From the NCBI GenBank assembly GCA_026770705.1, contig JANJGN010000008.1:18724001-18788000 (forward strand): a DNA stretch of 64,000 nucleotides. Reading direction: 5' to 3'. Position numbers and translations under genes: made by a program. Positions 22,440-36,608 of this stretch are shown in pieces; within the stretch, counting starts at the first letter, position 1; every line of letters begins with the position of its first letter. Under the pieces are notes generated by a model. That model did not search any database. It was not told the DNA's origin and saw nothing but the letters and a program-made list of their open reading frames with translations. The DNA is from Isurus oxyrinchus. Lineage: Eukaryota.

Positions 22440-25400
22440 AAACACCTTCCAGGCAACACTCCCTTATAGATGTTTAGCTATAATAAAGTCCAGTAATATT
22501 ATCCATGGCAAATTGCTGTAGCTTTAATAGAGGCATACCATATGTCCTCTCAGCTTTCTCCCACTTTGCTGTGAAATCCAAACTTCAAAATAAAGCTGCT
22601 TATTGCAGCCAAAGGCTTTTCTGGCTTGACTGGATGGCTGGTTCAAACAGCACCTCCTCCCAGCTCAGAGCTGACAGCTCCCAACTCAGTCTTCAGCTGC
22701 TACCAACAGTTCAAACAGCTACATCTCCAACTGCAGCTCAACAGCTACCCTAAGCTCCGTGCAGTAACTCTAAAATACATTTTTCCCCTTTCATCTCAGG
22801 TTCCATTGTGTTCATATCTCTTTGAAACTCAAATCCTCCCAAATATAAGATCTTTCATGTTTCCATCTTATCTTTGCTTTTGGGTCAATAAAATATAATA
22901 TCCCCCCCACCTTATATTTACCTATGGAACTCCTGAAAGATGCAAACATGTTCCTTTCTAACGTCTGTGTCCTCTTTGATATTCACACAAACTCTCAATT
23001 AATCTAAAAATGCGAATATTAGGTCTAATGTAACACCTTTATCCTGTTCATGTTTTATGCCCCCCTTGTCAACCTGCCTCATATTAATCCCTGCCCAGCT
23101 TAATTAAATCATAGCACACACATTGGCACATGGAGCCTTTTCCACAGAATAACACAACATTCCCCCAAAAGATTGTTTTAAAAATCCATATCTCACACCT
23201 CCCTCCTTGACAAAAAATGAACCATCACAATTCCAGAAAGATAGCTTCTTTTTTCAACCCATTTCTTATTCCTTACTACATTTAACAATGCAACCAAAGC
23301 TATTATGCTACAGCGTGCATGCATTAAACAGTAAAATATATACAAATCTTTTGGAAAAATAGAGTTCATTCCAGACCATTCTCGATTTGCCAATATCCAA
23401 GTTCTATTGAATTTTAAATTCTTGACAATGCATCTGCTGCAATCAAATTTTCCCATCCAGCCACATGTATAATTTGTATATTGAATTATTACAATAATAA
23501 ACTCCACTGAAGCAGTCTTGCGTTTTTGGCATGAAACTTTTCCAGAAACCTCAAAGTATAGTACATATAGTATAGTCTCTGAAGAATAGTTTGCAACATA
23601 TACTTCAAAACTCTGTAAAGCTAAGACCAACCTTCAAGTCTCTTTCTCTATAGTTGCATATTTCTTCTGGTGTACATTCAACTTTCATGGGAAATATCCT
23701 ACCGGCTTCTCATTTCCCGTTCACCTTCTTGTAGCAACACAGCAACAACACCCGCATCACTGGTAAAATCAGGTACTGATAGAATAGGTGTACTTGTAGT
23801 ACAACTTCCAAGCTGTCAAATGCATTCGGACACTCCAGCGTCCACTGGAATTTTCTGTTCTTTTTTCAGAATCCAGTCAGTGGAGTAACTGCACCGCTGA
23901 GGCTTGGCACTAATTTCCAATAAAATCCACCGATGCCCAGAAATCTCAAAAATTCCTGTTTTGCTGTAGGCACTGAGAATTCTACAATAGCTTTTACTTT
24001 TGCATCACGTGGGGCCACTTGACCATGTCCAACAGTATGGCCGAAAGATGTGACTTGTGGTTTTGCAAATTCACTTTTAGCCAAATGTACAACCAAATTG
24101 GCTTCCTGCAGTCGATCAAACAGTTCCTTTAAATGTTGTAAATGTTCCTCCCACATTTGATTGAATACTATTAAGTCATCAATATACATAGCACAATTGC
24201 TCCGCCCTCAGCCACTTTGTTAGTCCCTGAAATGTTGCTGTTGCAATATTCATACCAAACGTCATAACTTTGCTTTAATATAAACTATCCAGTGTCACAA
24301 AAGCTGATATCTCTTATGCCTATTCCAATAAGGGTGCTTGCCAATATACACACACCAATTCAACCTTTTGTGATAAATGTTGAATGTCCCAATTTCTCAT
24401 TAAAATCCTCCAATCATGGACTAGGATATGAATCTGCTTTTGTTACTGCATTCACTTTTCAGCAGTCAATACATAGTCTTTGTGGTCCACCCAGTTTCGA
24501 CACCATTACAATGGGTGAACTCTATTTACTGTGACTGGGCCCTATGATGTCATTTTGTAGCATGAATTGAACATCTTTCGCACTTGAGCTAATTTTCCTG
24601 GATATAATTTGTATGGGTATCGCCTTATTAACTCTGACTCTCGCACATAAACATCATGTATAGCTAAATCTGTTTTCCCCCATTTATTTCTACAAATTGC
24701 TTTGTGTGACGGCAATAGCTGTTTTAAATCACTCCAACACTTTGCTGGAAGGTAACCCAATGTCACATTTAAATTTTTAAGTATCTTCCCATTGTCCAAT
24801 TTAATCAGAGGAAGGTCAATTCCACAATCCTTCCTTTCTATCTCTGTTTCCTTACATACAACTATCAGTACCTCCTCCTGTTTATTCTGTCTGTCAAAGT
24901 ATTTCTTTAAGCATATTTAAAAGGCATACTTGCTGACTCTTTCTTCTATCTGGAGTATTTACTACATAGTTTTCCCTCACTCAAACTCTTTTTAATGAGG
25001 TCAGGTCTGCTAAACCCCACCTTCAACAGTTCGTCTGACACTGGCACCAATACTAACACTTTTTCCCCAGCCACAAAATGACAAGCCATTGCCCTCTAAT
25101 CTGCCTTTACCTTCATTACTTGTTGAGGTATCTTTAAATATTTCCTAGCAAGCTCACACCTATTACTTAATCTCTCTCTGAATTTCATCACAAAATCCAG
25201 GAGAGTTCTTTCAGAGCTTAGACCCAATAATTTCTCCTGAATCCGTTTGGGTGGTCCCCTTAATTCATGACAATAAATTAACTCAAAAGGACTGAAATAA
25301 AAGCAAAATACTGCGGATGCTGGAAATCTGGAACAAAAAGGATTGAACGCTGCTGACTCATTAGGGGCGTCTCTAATAGTAAATAACAAGAATGGAATTC

Positions 25401-28400
25401 CTCGATCCCAATTATGTGGTAGTCTTGATTATGTGATCTAATGATAGTCTTTAAAGTCTGATGCCACCTTTCTAAGGCACCTTGTGATTCAGGATGATAG
25501 GCTGACAACCTACATTGCTTTATTCCTGGGCTGTTCATTACTTCTTTAAAAAGCTGTGACATGAAATTCAAACCCTGATCCGGCTGTATTCCTTTTGGTA
25601 ATCTATATCTAGTAAAGAATTGGGCTACCTCCTCCACAATCACCTTTGTTGTTATTTTCTTTAAAGGTATTGCTTCAGGAAATTTCATGGACACATTCAT
25701 GACTGTCAGTAAGTACTGATTCCTGCTTTTAGTCTAAGGGATATAATCAATGAGGACCTTGTTAAATGTTCCTCAAATGCTAAAATTGGACTTACAAGTG
25801 CAGGCTTAATGACTGCTTGTGGTTTTCCTATCTGCTAACATGTTTGACAGAATTTGACCACACCTTTGTGTAGTCCAGGTCAATAGAAATGCTTCTGTAT
25901 CTAAGTTTGAGTTTTCCTAATTCCCAAATGTCCAGCCATTGGAATTGCATGAGGCAGCCTCAAAATTTCATTCTGGTACCCACATGTTACTTGGTGCACT
26001 ATCGCCCACTTTTCATCTGCTGGATTATGAGGTCGTCTCCATTTCCTCATTAACACATTGTTCTCAATGTAATAACACTCTGGGATGTATTCTGCTCTTG
26101 TTTCTGGATAAGCTGTCTCATATAACTGCTTCAAGTCTGAATCCTCCTGCTGTAATTCCATGATCTTCACTAAACTAAACACCTCAACACCTCATTCTCG
26201 TTAATCTTCTCCTCCTGAGTCACCTTTTCAATGATTGATCCAACCAACTGAATTTCAATGTCCTCCCCTGGCTTTTAAATTCTTCCACATCCTGTTTAAA
26301 CTCATACATTTGTGATCTCGTCGCCATACCATCGGGAAATGATCCAGGATGCTCTTTCTGTAAAATCTCGGATGATTGTGTCTCAACAGGCTGCTCCACT
26401 ACAGTAGGCATAGTCAATATCCCCTGCAATGGGCAATTTCTCTACTACCCCAACAATCACTCCCTCCTGATTTCAAATCACTTTTTAAATTTACCTCACA
26501 CATTAAAATAAGTTTGACTTCACCTTGGATTCCCTTCATTCATATTTTTCCTGCTATAACTCTTCTGGACAACAAATTGCACTAACCTATATCATTAGAT
26601 TAGTTATCATAGCTCGTCCCAGTATCCCTGAAAATTTTGACATCCTTTCCTGTTCTTCCCTGTATTTTCCCTTCACATATATAATCTTTAAGCAACTCTG
26701 CAACCTGTCCTTCAGATCTCCTTTGGGTAAGTTGTGAACACATTCCCACTTCTCTAGCTACCACTGACTCTTCCTGCTCCACGTATACAAGAACCAATTG
26801 TTTTTCTTGCCTCTGGTTCTGAGAGGCCACAGTACTCTTACTTCTAGAACATTTCTGAGTTCCTACCACCACAATAGTTTTCCTATTTAACCTCCAACAA
26901 CTTGATCCTTTATCTCCAGCCTTATTACAATGGTAACATATCAGTTACCTTCCTTTAACTCTACTTTCCACCTTTCCATCTTTAATAGACTGGCACCCTT
27001 CAGCTTGATCCTTGTTACTAACACTTAAACCATCACTAGGTTTTCTATATCTCCAATGTCCTTCCTGATTTCCACATGACCCTTTTCCTACACTCAAACA
27101 TTTGTGCAAAATATCATCTGTGTCAGCTAAAACAGCAGCTTCCCTGATCTTTTTGCTTTGTTTTTCACCGAAATATGTCTTAATGTTTAGCAGAATGCCA
27201 TTTCTAAATTCTTCCATAATCATAACCACTCTCACATTTTCAAATGTCTTATCTAATTTTAATGCGCTGAACCATTGACGTCAGGTAATTTATTTTTCTC
27301 TTGCAAACTCGACATAAGTCTGATGAGTTATTTTCCTTAAAGTTCTAAACTTCCACTGATAAGCTTCAGGGACAAGCTCACACACATTTACTGTTGTGTT
27401 CTTTACTATCTGGTAACCTGCAGACTGTTCCTCTGATAGGCTTGCGTGCACATTCATTGCAGTACCTGACAAAACACTTTGTAACATGATAACCCAAGCA
27501 CCTCTTGGCCAATTCAATTTCATAGCTATCTTTTCAAATGAGGTGAAATATATTTCAACTCCACCCTCTGTAAACTTCGGCACTTACCAGAGATTTCTAG
27601 TTCAATCAAATTCCTCAAAGTAATCAAAGTCACCATCTGAATCAATATCAATCCTTTCTTCCTTTATTCTAAGTTTCACTTTAGGCAATTCATACCGTCT
27701 GGCTTCTTTCACTTCTGAAGCTCTCTATTCCTTTCCCTCTTTCTTTCCTCAAATGCTAACTTCTCCCTGAAGTTCAAGTTGAAGTTTATTCATTTGCAAC
27801 TGAAGTGTTAATACCTCTAGCTGTGTCACACTAGTTTCAGGTATCACTTCCTCCAACTTTAAAATATCAACCTTTTGAAATTCCAATTTTATCTCTATCT
27901 GCACTTTAAATGCTAATTCTTTCAACTGAGTTTTAGTCAGAGATTTCAAATACTCCACAATAACATTTTCCATTCCCAGAAAGTTGTAGCAATTGGAAAA
28001 GCCATTTTGCAGTCCAACACTTTAAAATCCCTCAACACAAAACCCCTGAGTTCAGCACTCTTCTTGTACTTATATCCTCGGAATCACAAACTCCAACCCA
28101 ATCAAGGAATTTTAATGATCCCAGATGAGCCCCCAAATTTAATATGACTACAGCCAGTTAATTGCTGCACAAACAAAATCCCAGAGGGAAACTTGGCATA
28201 TGGTCCATAGCCTTTTTTCTGTATTCTGAAAACAAGGAGAAGATGTTCTGATCTCAGCAGTAAGAAGTCCAGTAGCACTGTTGGGATTTTAAAGATTAAA
28301 ATTAAAAGTTTTATTAACAATAATAGAAGAAAACTGAAACACACAAGATTACAGTTGCACAATTATGGTTAGTCTTACAAAACATTCCCCCAAAAAGACT

Positions 28401-29201
28401 CTACACTTGGTCAGACACAAATAAACCCTTCTAGGCAACACTCCCTTCAAAATGTTTAACTATAAAAAATCCAGTATTATTACTCAAGGCAAACTGCCGT
28501 AGGCTCAATAGAGGCATACCGTGTTACCTTGCAACTCTCTCCCACTCTACTGTAGAATCCAAACTTCAGAATAAACTGCCTGCTGCATTCCAAGACTTTC
28601 CTGGCTTGACTCGATGGCTGGTTGAAATGACACTCCTCCTAATCCAAAGCTAACGGCTTCCAACTCAGCTCCAACTGCTATCAACAACTCAAACAGCTAC
28701 ATCTTCAGCTGCAGCTCAACAGCTATCCCAAGCATTCCACAGTAACTCTAAAATACCTTTTTTCCTCGGTTTATCTCAGGTTGCATTGTGTTCACACCTC
28801 TTTAAAACTCAAATCCTTCTAAATATAAGTTCTTCCATATTTCCATCTTGTCTTTAATTTTGGGTCAGCAAAGTATAATATCCCTGCCCCTTTCTATTTA
28901 CTCGTGGAACTCCTGCAAGATGTAAACTTGTTTCTTTCTCACCTCTGACTCCTCTTTGATATTCAAACAAGCTCTCAACTTATCTAAAATTGCAAATGGT
29001 AGGTCTAACGCAACACCTCTATCCTGTCCATGTCTTAAATCCCCCAGACAACCGGTCTCANNNNNNNNNNNNNNNNNNNNNNNNNNNNNNNNNNNNNNNN
29101 NNNNNNNNNNNNNNNNNNNNNNNNNNNNNNNNNNNNNNNNNNNNNNNNNNNNNNNNNNNNNNNNNNNNNNNNNNNNNNNNNNNNNNNNNNNNNNNNACAC
29201 A
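22440..29201 (-). mobile_element. Gmr1-like Gypsy element (SCAN-like gag; PRO-INT-RT-RH order)
   Basis: LTRs ~28140-29200 and ~22440-23159. PBS TGGGGGCTCATCTGGGAT (28118-28135, tRNA-Pro-like); PPT at 23160. ELVPEAYQWKFR, FRDTGTS; INT 25096-26182 lies upstream of RT (YIDD, 23866-24189). Confidence 0.88.
29061..29196. other. Assembly gap
   Basis: Run of N inside an LTR. Confidence 1.
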
Positions 29202-29467
29202 ATCTTTCTCAAAAATATTCTTAAAATATCATCAATTTCTCACGCCTGTATATTGGGAACCATTGTCTGAAATGATGGTTTCAGGCACACAAAACATGTT
29301 GAAAATTGCACTGAGCGTGTCAACAATCATGTTTCTGGTCATGTCCTTGATCTGGTGAATGAAAGGGAATTTGGTAAAAATGATCCGTTATCAAAATGTA
29401 ATCTTTGCCATCTAGGTGGAATAAATCAGTGACAATTTTCAAGCATGGGACAGAGGAGATTTCATGT

Positions 29468-30995
29468 CTTTTTTATTCATTCATGGGATGTGGGCTTCGC
29501 TGGCTGGCACAGCATTTATTGCCCATCCCTAATTGCCCTTGAGAAGGTGGTGGTGAGCTACCTTCTTGAACCGCTGCAATCCATGTGGTGTAGGTACATC
29601 CACATTTCCACAGTGCTGTTAGGGAGGGAGTTCCGGGATTTTGAGCCAGCAATAGTGAAGGAATGGTGATATATTTCCATTTCAAGATTGTGAGTGACTT
29701 GGAGGGGAACTTCCAGTTGGTGGTATTCCCGTCTATTTGCTGCCCTTGTTCTTCTAGATGGTAGTGGTTGTGAGTTTGAAGGTGCTGTCAAAGGAGCCTT
29801 GGTGAATTCCTGCAGTGCATCTTGTAGATGGTACACACTGCTGCTACTGTGCGTCGGTGGTGGAGGGAGTGAATGTTTGTGGATGAGATGCCAATCAAGC
29901 GGGCTGCTTTGTCCTGGATGGTGTCAAGCTTCTTGAGTGTTGTGGATGCTACACTCATGAAGGCAAGTGGAGAGTATTATATCACACTCCTGTCTTGTGT
30001 CTTGTAGATGGTGGACAGGCTTTGGGGAGTCAGGAGGTGAGTTACACATCGCAGGATTCCTAGCTCTGACTTGCTTTTGTAACCATATTATTTATATGGC
30101 TAGTCCAGTTCAGTTTCTGGTTAATGGTAACTCCTAGGATGTTGATAGTTGGAGATTCAGTGATGGTAATGCCATTAAACATCAGGGGGCAATGATTGGG
30201 TTCTCTCTTGTTGGAGATGGTCATTGCCTGACACTTTGTGTGGCATGATCGTTACTTGTCACTTGTCAACCCAAGCCTGGATATTGTCCAGGTCTTGCTG
30301 CATTTGGACATGGACTGCTTCAGTATCTGAGGAGTCAGAAATGGTCCTGAACATTGTGCAATGATCAGTGAACATCCCCACTACTGACCTCATAGTGGAA
30401 GGTCATTGATGAAGCAGCTGAAGATGTTTGGGCCTAGGACACTACCCTGAGGAACTCCTGCAGTGATTCCGTGGAGTTGAGATGACTGACCTCCAACAAC
30501 CACAACCATCTTCCTTTGTGCTGGGCATGACTCCAACCAGTGGAGAGTTTTCCTCCTGATCCCCATTGACTTCAGTTTTGCTAAGAATCCTTGATGCCAC
30601 ACTCAGTCAAATGTGGCCTTGATGTCAAGGGCAGTCACTCTCACCTCACCTCAGGAAATTAGCTCTTTTGTCCATGTTGGAACCCGGGCTGTAGTGATGT
30701 CAGGAGCTGAGTGGCCCTGGCGGAACCCAAACTTGGCGTCAGTGAGTCGGTTATTGCTAAGCAAGTGCCGCTTGATAGCACTGTCGATGACCTCTTCCAT
30801 TACTTTACCGATGGTCAAGAGTAGGTTGATGGGGCGGTAATTGGCCAGGTTGGATTTGTCCTGCATCTTGTGTACAGGACATACCTGGGCAATTTTCCAC
30901 ATAGCCGGGTAGATGCCAGTGATGGAACAGCTTGGCTAGGGGTGCAGCAAGCTCTGGAGCACAAGCCTTCAGTACGATTGCTGGAATAGTGGTAA
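29468..30995 (-). mobile_element. HER1/CR1 LINE (5'-truncated) inserted in the Gypsy integrase
   Basis: GVPQGSVLGPNIFSCFINDL and NYRPINLL motifs; HER1 3' tail at ~29470; CATGT at both flanks (29463-67, 30996-31000). Confidence 0.9.
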
Positions 30996-33900
30996 CATGT
31001 GGTGACAATTGTTCTCTGCCGTGCTGTGGTTGGTGCATATGACAAGTTTGTCTCTGTGAATTTGTCAATGTCCTTTTTAACACCTGGCCGACAAACTGAT
31101 TCTCTGGCAAGGTGTGTTGTTCATTCTGCACCCATGTTTCCGATGATTAGGTGACTTACCATGGTTTGGCACATTGCCTGAGGTATGAGGACCAGCTTGA
31201 ATTTGAATATGATGCTTCTGGAGATGCCCAGTTCATTTCCTGCAGTGCCAAAATTATCAGATACTTTCTTGGATATCCGTGATGTGATCAGGCCAACCTG
31301 CGAAAATAACTTTCTTCAGCTGCTGAAGCTGTTGGTCTTCTTGGGTGGCCTGTTGTATCATTTCAGTTTGACCTTGTTCAAAATGGCTCCATGAGCATGT
31401 GTAGATTGTTGTTATATTTCCCATTAGTCTTACCAAGGACTGTGATGTCATCAGTGATGCACAGGCACCTAGGCAAGTCTCTGTGATGTGGTCCATGTGT
31501 TTTTCGAACATGTCTTGACTCACCGAGAGCCCAAACTGCAAGCACAAGAAGCAATACTGTCCAAAAGCAACATGAAAAATGGTGAGCTCGTGTGATGCTA
31601 GTGCCAGATAGATGGATTCTTGGCATCCAATTTGGGGAAGCATTGGGCTCCCGCAGACTTGGGAATCAGTCCCTCAAGTGTGGGGATTTTATATCACATT
31701 GAGTGTCTTGGGTCTCGTCATAAACATAGTGAAGCATCCCTCTTAAGACCATCGTGTCCAACGCTTTCCACTTGCCTTGGATATGGATGCTGCTCTGAGG
31801 TGGGTCAATGCTGGTTTGAGCATCATCCTTTAGGTGCAGCACTGTGTCACCTCTGAAGTCTCCGATGATGTGGTAGTGATCTGGGTACGTGGTTGTCAGG
31901 TCCATTATGCAATCGATTCATCATTTGGTGTTTTCCTGTACGGTGATAGTGTCCTCTGCCATGATGTGGACAGTAAGCATGTTCATGTCACTGTACACTG
32001 GCAGACCAAGATTTCCGGGCCACTGGTTTCCACAACCTAAAAAATCTCCGGTGTCCACCTGGGTCTTCGATATTGGCATTGAATTGTGATGGTGAAAAGC
32101 AGTGGATGTCAGACCCATTGTAGACGGTAAGTCTGTCAGATGTTGACTGGGTTGAGCTGTGCCATTGTCCCATTTATGTGGTGTTGGGAACATGCAAAGG
32201 TAAGATATTGGCCTTAGCACCTGTTTTGATTTTTGCTCGAATAGTATACTGTCCACAGTGTTGTGAATATTTAACGTTTTCAGATGCAAATACTTCAACT
32301 CATCTCACTCCATTCACATGATAAGTGAGGTTGACAATGTGTAGAGTTTGGCCTGGATCTGTACACTGTGGTGTATTGGGGAAGTCTTGCACTTCATTGA
32401 CATGTTTACATTTTACAGGACAAGCGCTGGAACTGTGATTGGTGTTGGATTTATGTGGAGTTTTTCTTTGTTGTGAGTTTTGTACCTTGGCAAGTCTGGT
32501 TTATTGCATTTGTGACAGATTTTTGTCCAACGCCCTCTGGTGAAACAGAGTTTTCACATGTCAGAAAATGCTGAACATTGCCTGGGTAAGTGTGTAAGAC
32601 CACCCTGCTGTCAGGCTTTGGGTGTCTTTGATGTTTTTGTTATCTTGGCAATGGTAGATTTGTGATTGAGGGCTTGAAGCTTCTGTCCGCCAGCCACTAA
32701 TGCCTCAAATTTTCTACCTTCATCCAGAAGTGCACCTATTGAGTAACCTCTGGCTTTGTCTATTAGAGTTTTCCTGAAGTTCTTCATGGGCATTGAAGCG
32801 ATGACAAGCTCCGTCACTCTCTCCACAAGCTCATCGGCATTGAAGTCACATTCGACTCCTTTGCTCCAGCACCTGTTTATGAATTGATCGATGCTTTCAC
32901 TTGGTTGTTGTTGGTACGACATGAAATCTAGCTGGTGAATTCTAAAGTTAACCTCCAGTTGATTTTCGATGATTTTGAAGATTTTATCGGGGTCTTCATC
33001 AGATAGACCTAATGAATTTACACACATTAGCCCCATAAACCCCTCATTGCCAAGAGCAATTAGTAATTTGGCAGCTTTTCTCTCTTGTTTCTGTACCTGC
33101 TGGTCCAGAAGGTGTAAGTAAATCTTCTGTCTGAAGAGTTGAAATTCTGCAAGAAGACCTCCTGGTTGCCAGTTCAAAATCAAATCTCTATTCACCATCG
33201 TGATGCTCTTGGTTATTAGCTGCACTGGGTGCTACCCAAATGTAGTTGCTGAGTGCTGTGTCTCTTTGGAAGCTGCAACAATGTATTCCTGTGGGCTCAT
33301 AACAGTGTGCTGCTTAGGGAAAAAGCTTGCTTCTTCTTTTGCGGTATGTTTTAAAAGTAGCACTTTAGGTGCTTGGCTTAGCCTGGCTTGAAATAAGGAG
33401 AAAGAATTTTAAGTTGCAGATCTTTAGATTACAAAGATTGTGCCTTGCTTCTTGTTTCTGGTGCAGGATTGAAACTGCCATTTTATTCTACCCTCCCCGA
33501 TTGTTGGGGCAGGAAAGCTGGTTTTGGCACCGAAACAAAAGAAACAAACTGACGGATCCGACCGAGAGTTGTGCTGAGCTCTGCCGAGAGCCATTGGAAC
33601 CTGCATCTCTGGCCCCCTCAGCCTGGGACACATTTGTTTCTTTCTAACAATCCCGACATGCTAGCCTTCACGGTTAAGGTGAGTGGCTTACAAATAGCTG
33701 ACCCTGATGTTCATACAAAGCGAAGGCTGCTGCCCAAACCATTGAGCTCGGAGTGAAGTCTTCACTCGCTTTTGAACCCTGGCGTTTGTTGGAACTAGTG
33801 TCTGTGCCTAATGTCAGATGCCATGTTCTTGTGGCTGAAGAACTGGACCTTGTTTTTATTTTTAAACCGAGGCACCTGGACTGAGGTTCCCTGTGAGTGA

Positions 33901-34116
33901 CTTCACTGTGAGTGCAGTGCTTCCAGACTGTCCTTCCCTCGAGGAGTCTGGATTGGAGCTGGGTAAGTGGAATCACTACCATTGGTGTTGCTGCTTGAGT
34001 AGTCTCTGGCCTTGTGTTCTGGTATCTTCAGAAATTATCTTCACTGCTGCAAGATCTTTAAGCGAACACCGCTACCAACCATGTCGTGGTCTCTTATGTT
34101 CTGCTGCCACCATACA

Positions 34117-34418
34117 TGTTGAGAGTCTCGACGTAGACCTCAAGGGATCTGTTTCTATGCTATCAATGCTAAGCAAGATTTTGAAACTGTAGAACTTATA
34201 GCTTAGGGCTATGTAGGACTGTAGCTTTAATAATAATTCTGTGTTGTAAGATCACATCATCTGTATAAACCAATGTGTTAGCAGAGCAGGGATCCTCCAC
34301 AGGAGAGCTATTCTTTAGTTATGGAGTTTGATGCACATGTGTAGCTGCTGCTGCTGTCTTGTAAATAAAGTTAAATGTTTCCACAAAGAAAAGTTGTCTG
34401 AAGATCAACTTTATGACA
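34117..34418 (+). mobile_element. Probable solo LTR inserted between the PBS and 5' LTR of the Gypsy element
   Basis: TGTTG...TGACA termini and AATAAA at 34364, opposite orientation to the host. Confidence 0.55.
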
Positions 34419-35307
34419 GGAACTGACAAGGGTTCAGGTCAAACACAACTACATGAAGTTTATTGCTGCCAACAACTATGTACAGCTCTGGACAGGCCTT
34501 GATCTATCCTTGGTCCTAACAGTTACACAGAATGATTATCTGAGTATATGCCTCACTCATAAGGTAAACATAATGCCTTACTGTTACAGAGTCATAGCCT
34601 GTATCAAACATCTGCCATAGAGAAACAGGCAATAGTCAGCATCTAACATGGAGGCTGTACCTTTTACCCTCTAGCCTTCAACACGTTGATGCCATAGTGA
34701 TGTCACTATGCAGCTTCTTAAAGGCACATGTCAATGTCTACATTGGCATGCGCACAATATCACAACAGCCATAGACCGCATCAGAAGCCGGCCTAACTGC
34801 GTGAAAATAGCGGGATGTCTGAAATGCCCATCCCTGCAACGGAGCTCACAAAGTGGGGAGAGCTGTGTTTGTGCTTGACACCCGCCCCATTTCCTGTGTT
34901 GATCAAAGTAGCTGATGATGGGAATGGGACGGGGGCGGAGACTTCCCCATGTGGGACCCACAAGCCTCCATTTCTGCCCGCCCATGCCGTGTTTGCCCCA
35001 TGTCAGTAAGCCAAGCCATTCCTGGCTTTTTCCTGGGACATTTAGTCCCGATTCCACTGGGCAGGAGGTTCAAGATTCAAACACTCACTTCCTGAACAGT
35101 GACATTATAGATCATTGAACACAGGAATAAATTGTGGATTGCAAACCAGACATTAGAGAAGAAAAATACATTGACATGGAGAGTAAAATAGACAGAAATG
35201 GTTAGGGCATTTCATGGCAGAAACATTCATCGTGCTGTTTAATGGATTAAAATCTTGACCGTGACCAATGGTATGGCAGATAATCTAATTGAGCAGAATT
35301 ACACTGG

Positions 35308-35844
35308 GGGCAGAATTTTGCCATCGGTGAGCAGGGGACCGACCTGTATAATGATGCGGGATAATGTTGGGCAGAACCCCCGATCTCACCCCACCCCATT
35401 TAAATTTTCAGGAAGGCAGGAGCACAGCAAAATCAGCTGCAGGCCCGCCGACCTGTCAATGGCCACTTAAGGCCAATGACAGGATCGATTAAGCAATTAA
35501 AGGACCTGCCCGTCCAACATTAAGGTTGACGCGCAGGCCAGGAGCCCCGGCGGGGAGTAGAGTAAACATGAAACCTCATCCAGCGGCGGGATGAGATTTC
35601 ATGCAGGGTTTTAAAAATTGTAATAAAGTTGTTCTGTAAATTATGAACATGTCCCAACTCAGGTGACATTGTCACATGAGGGGGACATGTTAGGGATTTT
35701 TCTTTTCTTTATCTTTAATAAATTTAAAAGTCAAAGCGAGTTACCTGAGGCACATAGCGGGGCCCACTTCGCTGGTGGGGATTGGCTCCGCGCCTGCTGG
35801 AGGTCGCTTTGGGCCCGCCCGTCTGACAGGTAGAACATTCTGCC
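35308..35844. mobile_element. Harbinger-like MITE
   Basis: TIRs GGGCAGAATTTTGCC / GGTAGAACATTCTGCC; TGG at both flanks. Confidence 0.65.
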
Positions 35845-36498
35845 TGGGAGTCTGCCTGTGCAGGAAATTGTCAATTTACATCATGCAGTGTGATAATATT
35901 TTAGTATTTTAGATTTTGAAATAAAATAATAAATTAAATGTGCAATAGTTAAGTGTTATTTTTAAAATGGATCCTTCAAAAGCATGTATGGTAGCAAAGT
36001 TGGATATGAATAATTTCATTAAAATGGCACTTATCAAAATAGGTGTTTTTTTTGAAATAATGACTTGTTTCAGACCTGTGGCTGTTTTGCACCTTGATAG
36101 TTAATGTCTTCCAGGGCAGCACAGCCAAGATTGGGAATTTGCTGCCCAAGGAATCTCAGGTGTGAATCTGTACTCTACCAGTCTGGTCAAGACAAAACTT
36201 TTACATCGGTTTATTCTAACGTAGATAATGAAAATCTCCCTTTTCATTCACTCAGAGCTGCTCACTTTAGTTCAAAACCATTCCACCCACAACAATCTGT
36301 GAAAATATGTGCAGATATATAAACTGTGACTTAAAAAGAAACACTAGGATAATTTTTCACAAAGATCCGGTGCTCTGGCTCTAATGTTTAAAGCAGAATA
36401 TTTTCACTTTCCGCATCTTTCATAGAATAAAAGGCTGGAATTTTTAAATTTTAATTGCAATGGAGAGACAGACCAAATAATAACTTTGTCATTCACAG

Positions 36499-36608
36499 TG
36501 AGAGCGAGAACCCTTCCAGACATTTGGATCATCACAGTTTCCGGTTACTTGTTGGTTAAACTGAGCTTTGCAGTTGGACTAATTTGCTGCTTGAAGAAGA
36601 TGAACAGC
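36499..36608 (+). pseudogene. Transmembrane exon of the Ig receptor
   Basis: ATTCACAG| (M)RARTLPDIWIITVSGYLLVKLSFAVGLICCLKKMNS |GTAAGA; phase-1 start matches D4; hydrophobic span with an internal K, then CC and KK stop-transfer. Confidence 0.85.

Larger units (their letters stand above)
22222..34767 (-). mobile_element. Gypsy LTR retrotransposon (host of a nested stack)
   Basis: 5' LTR ~34424-34767 matches partial 3' LTR 22222-22361 (PPT 22362-22373). PBS TGGTGGCAGCAG at 34101-34112. gag ORF 32611-33225; RT remnants 31257-31905 (CITDD); integrase core ~29230-29465 (TDLFHLDGKDYIL...PETIISDNGSQY). Confidence 0.8.
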
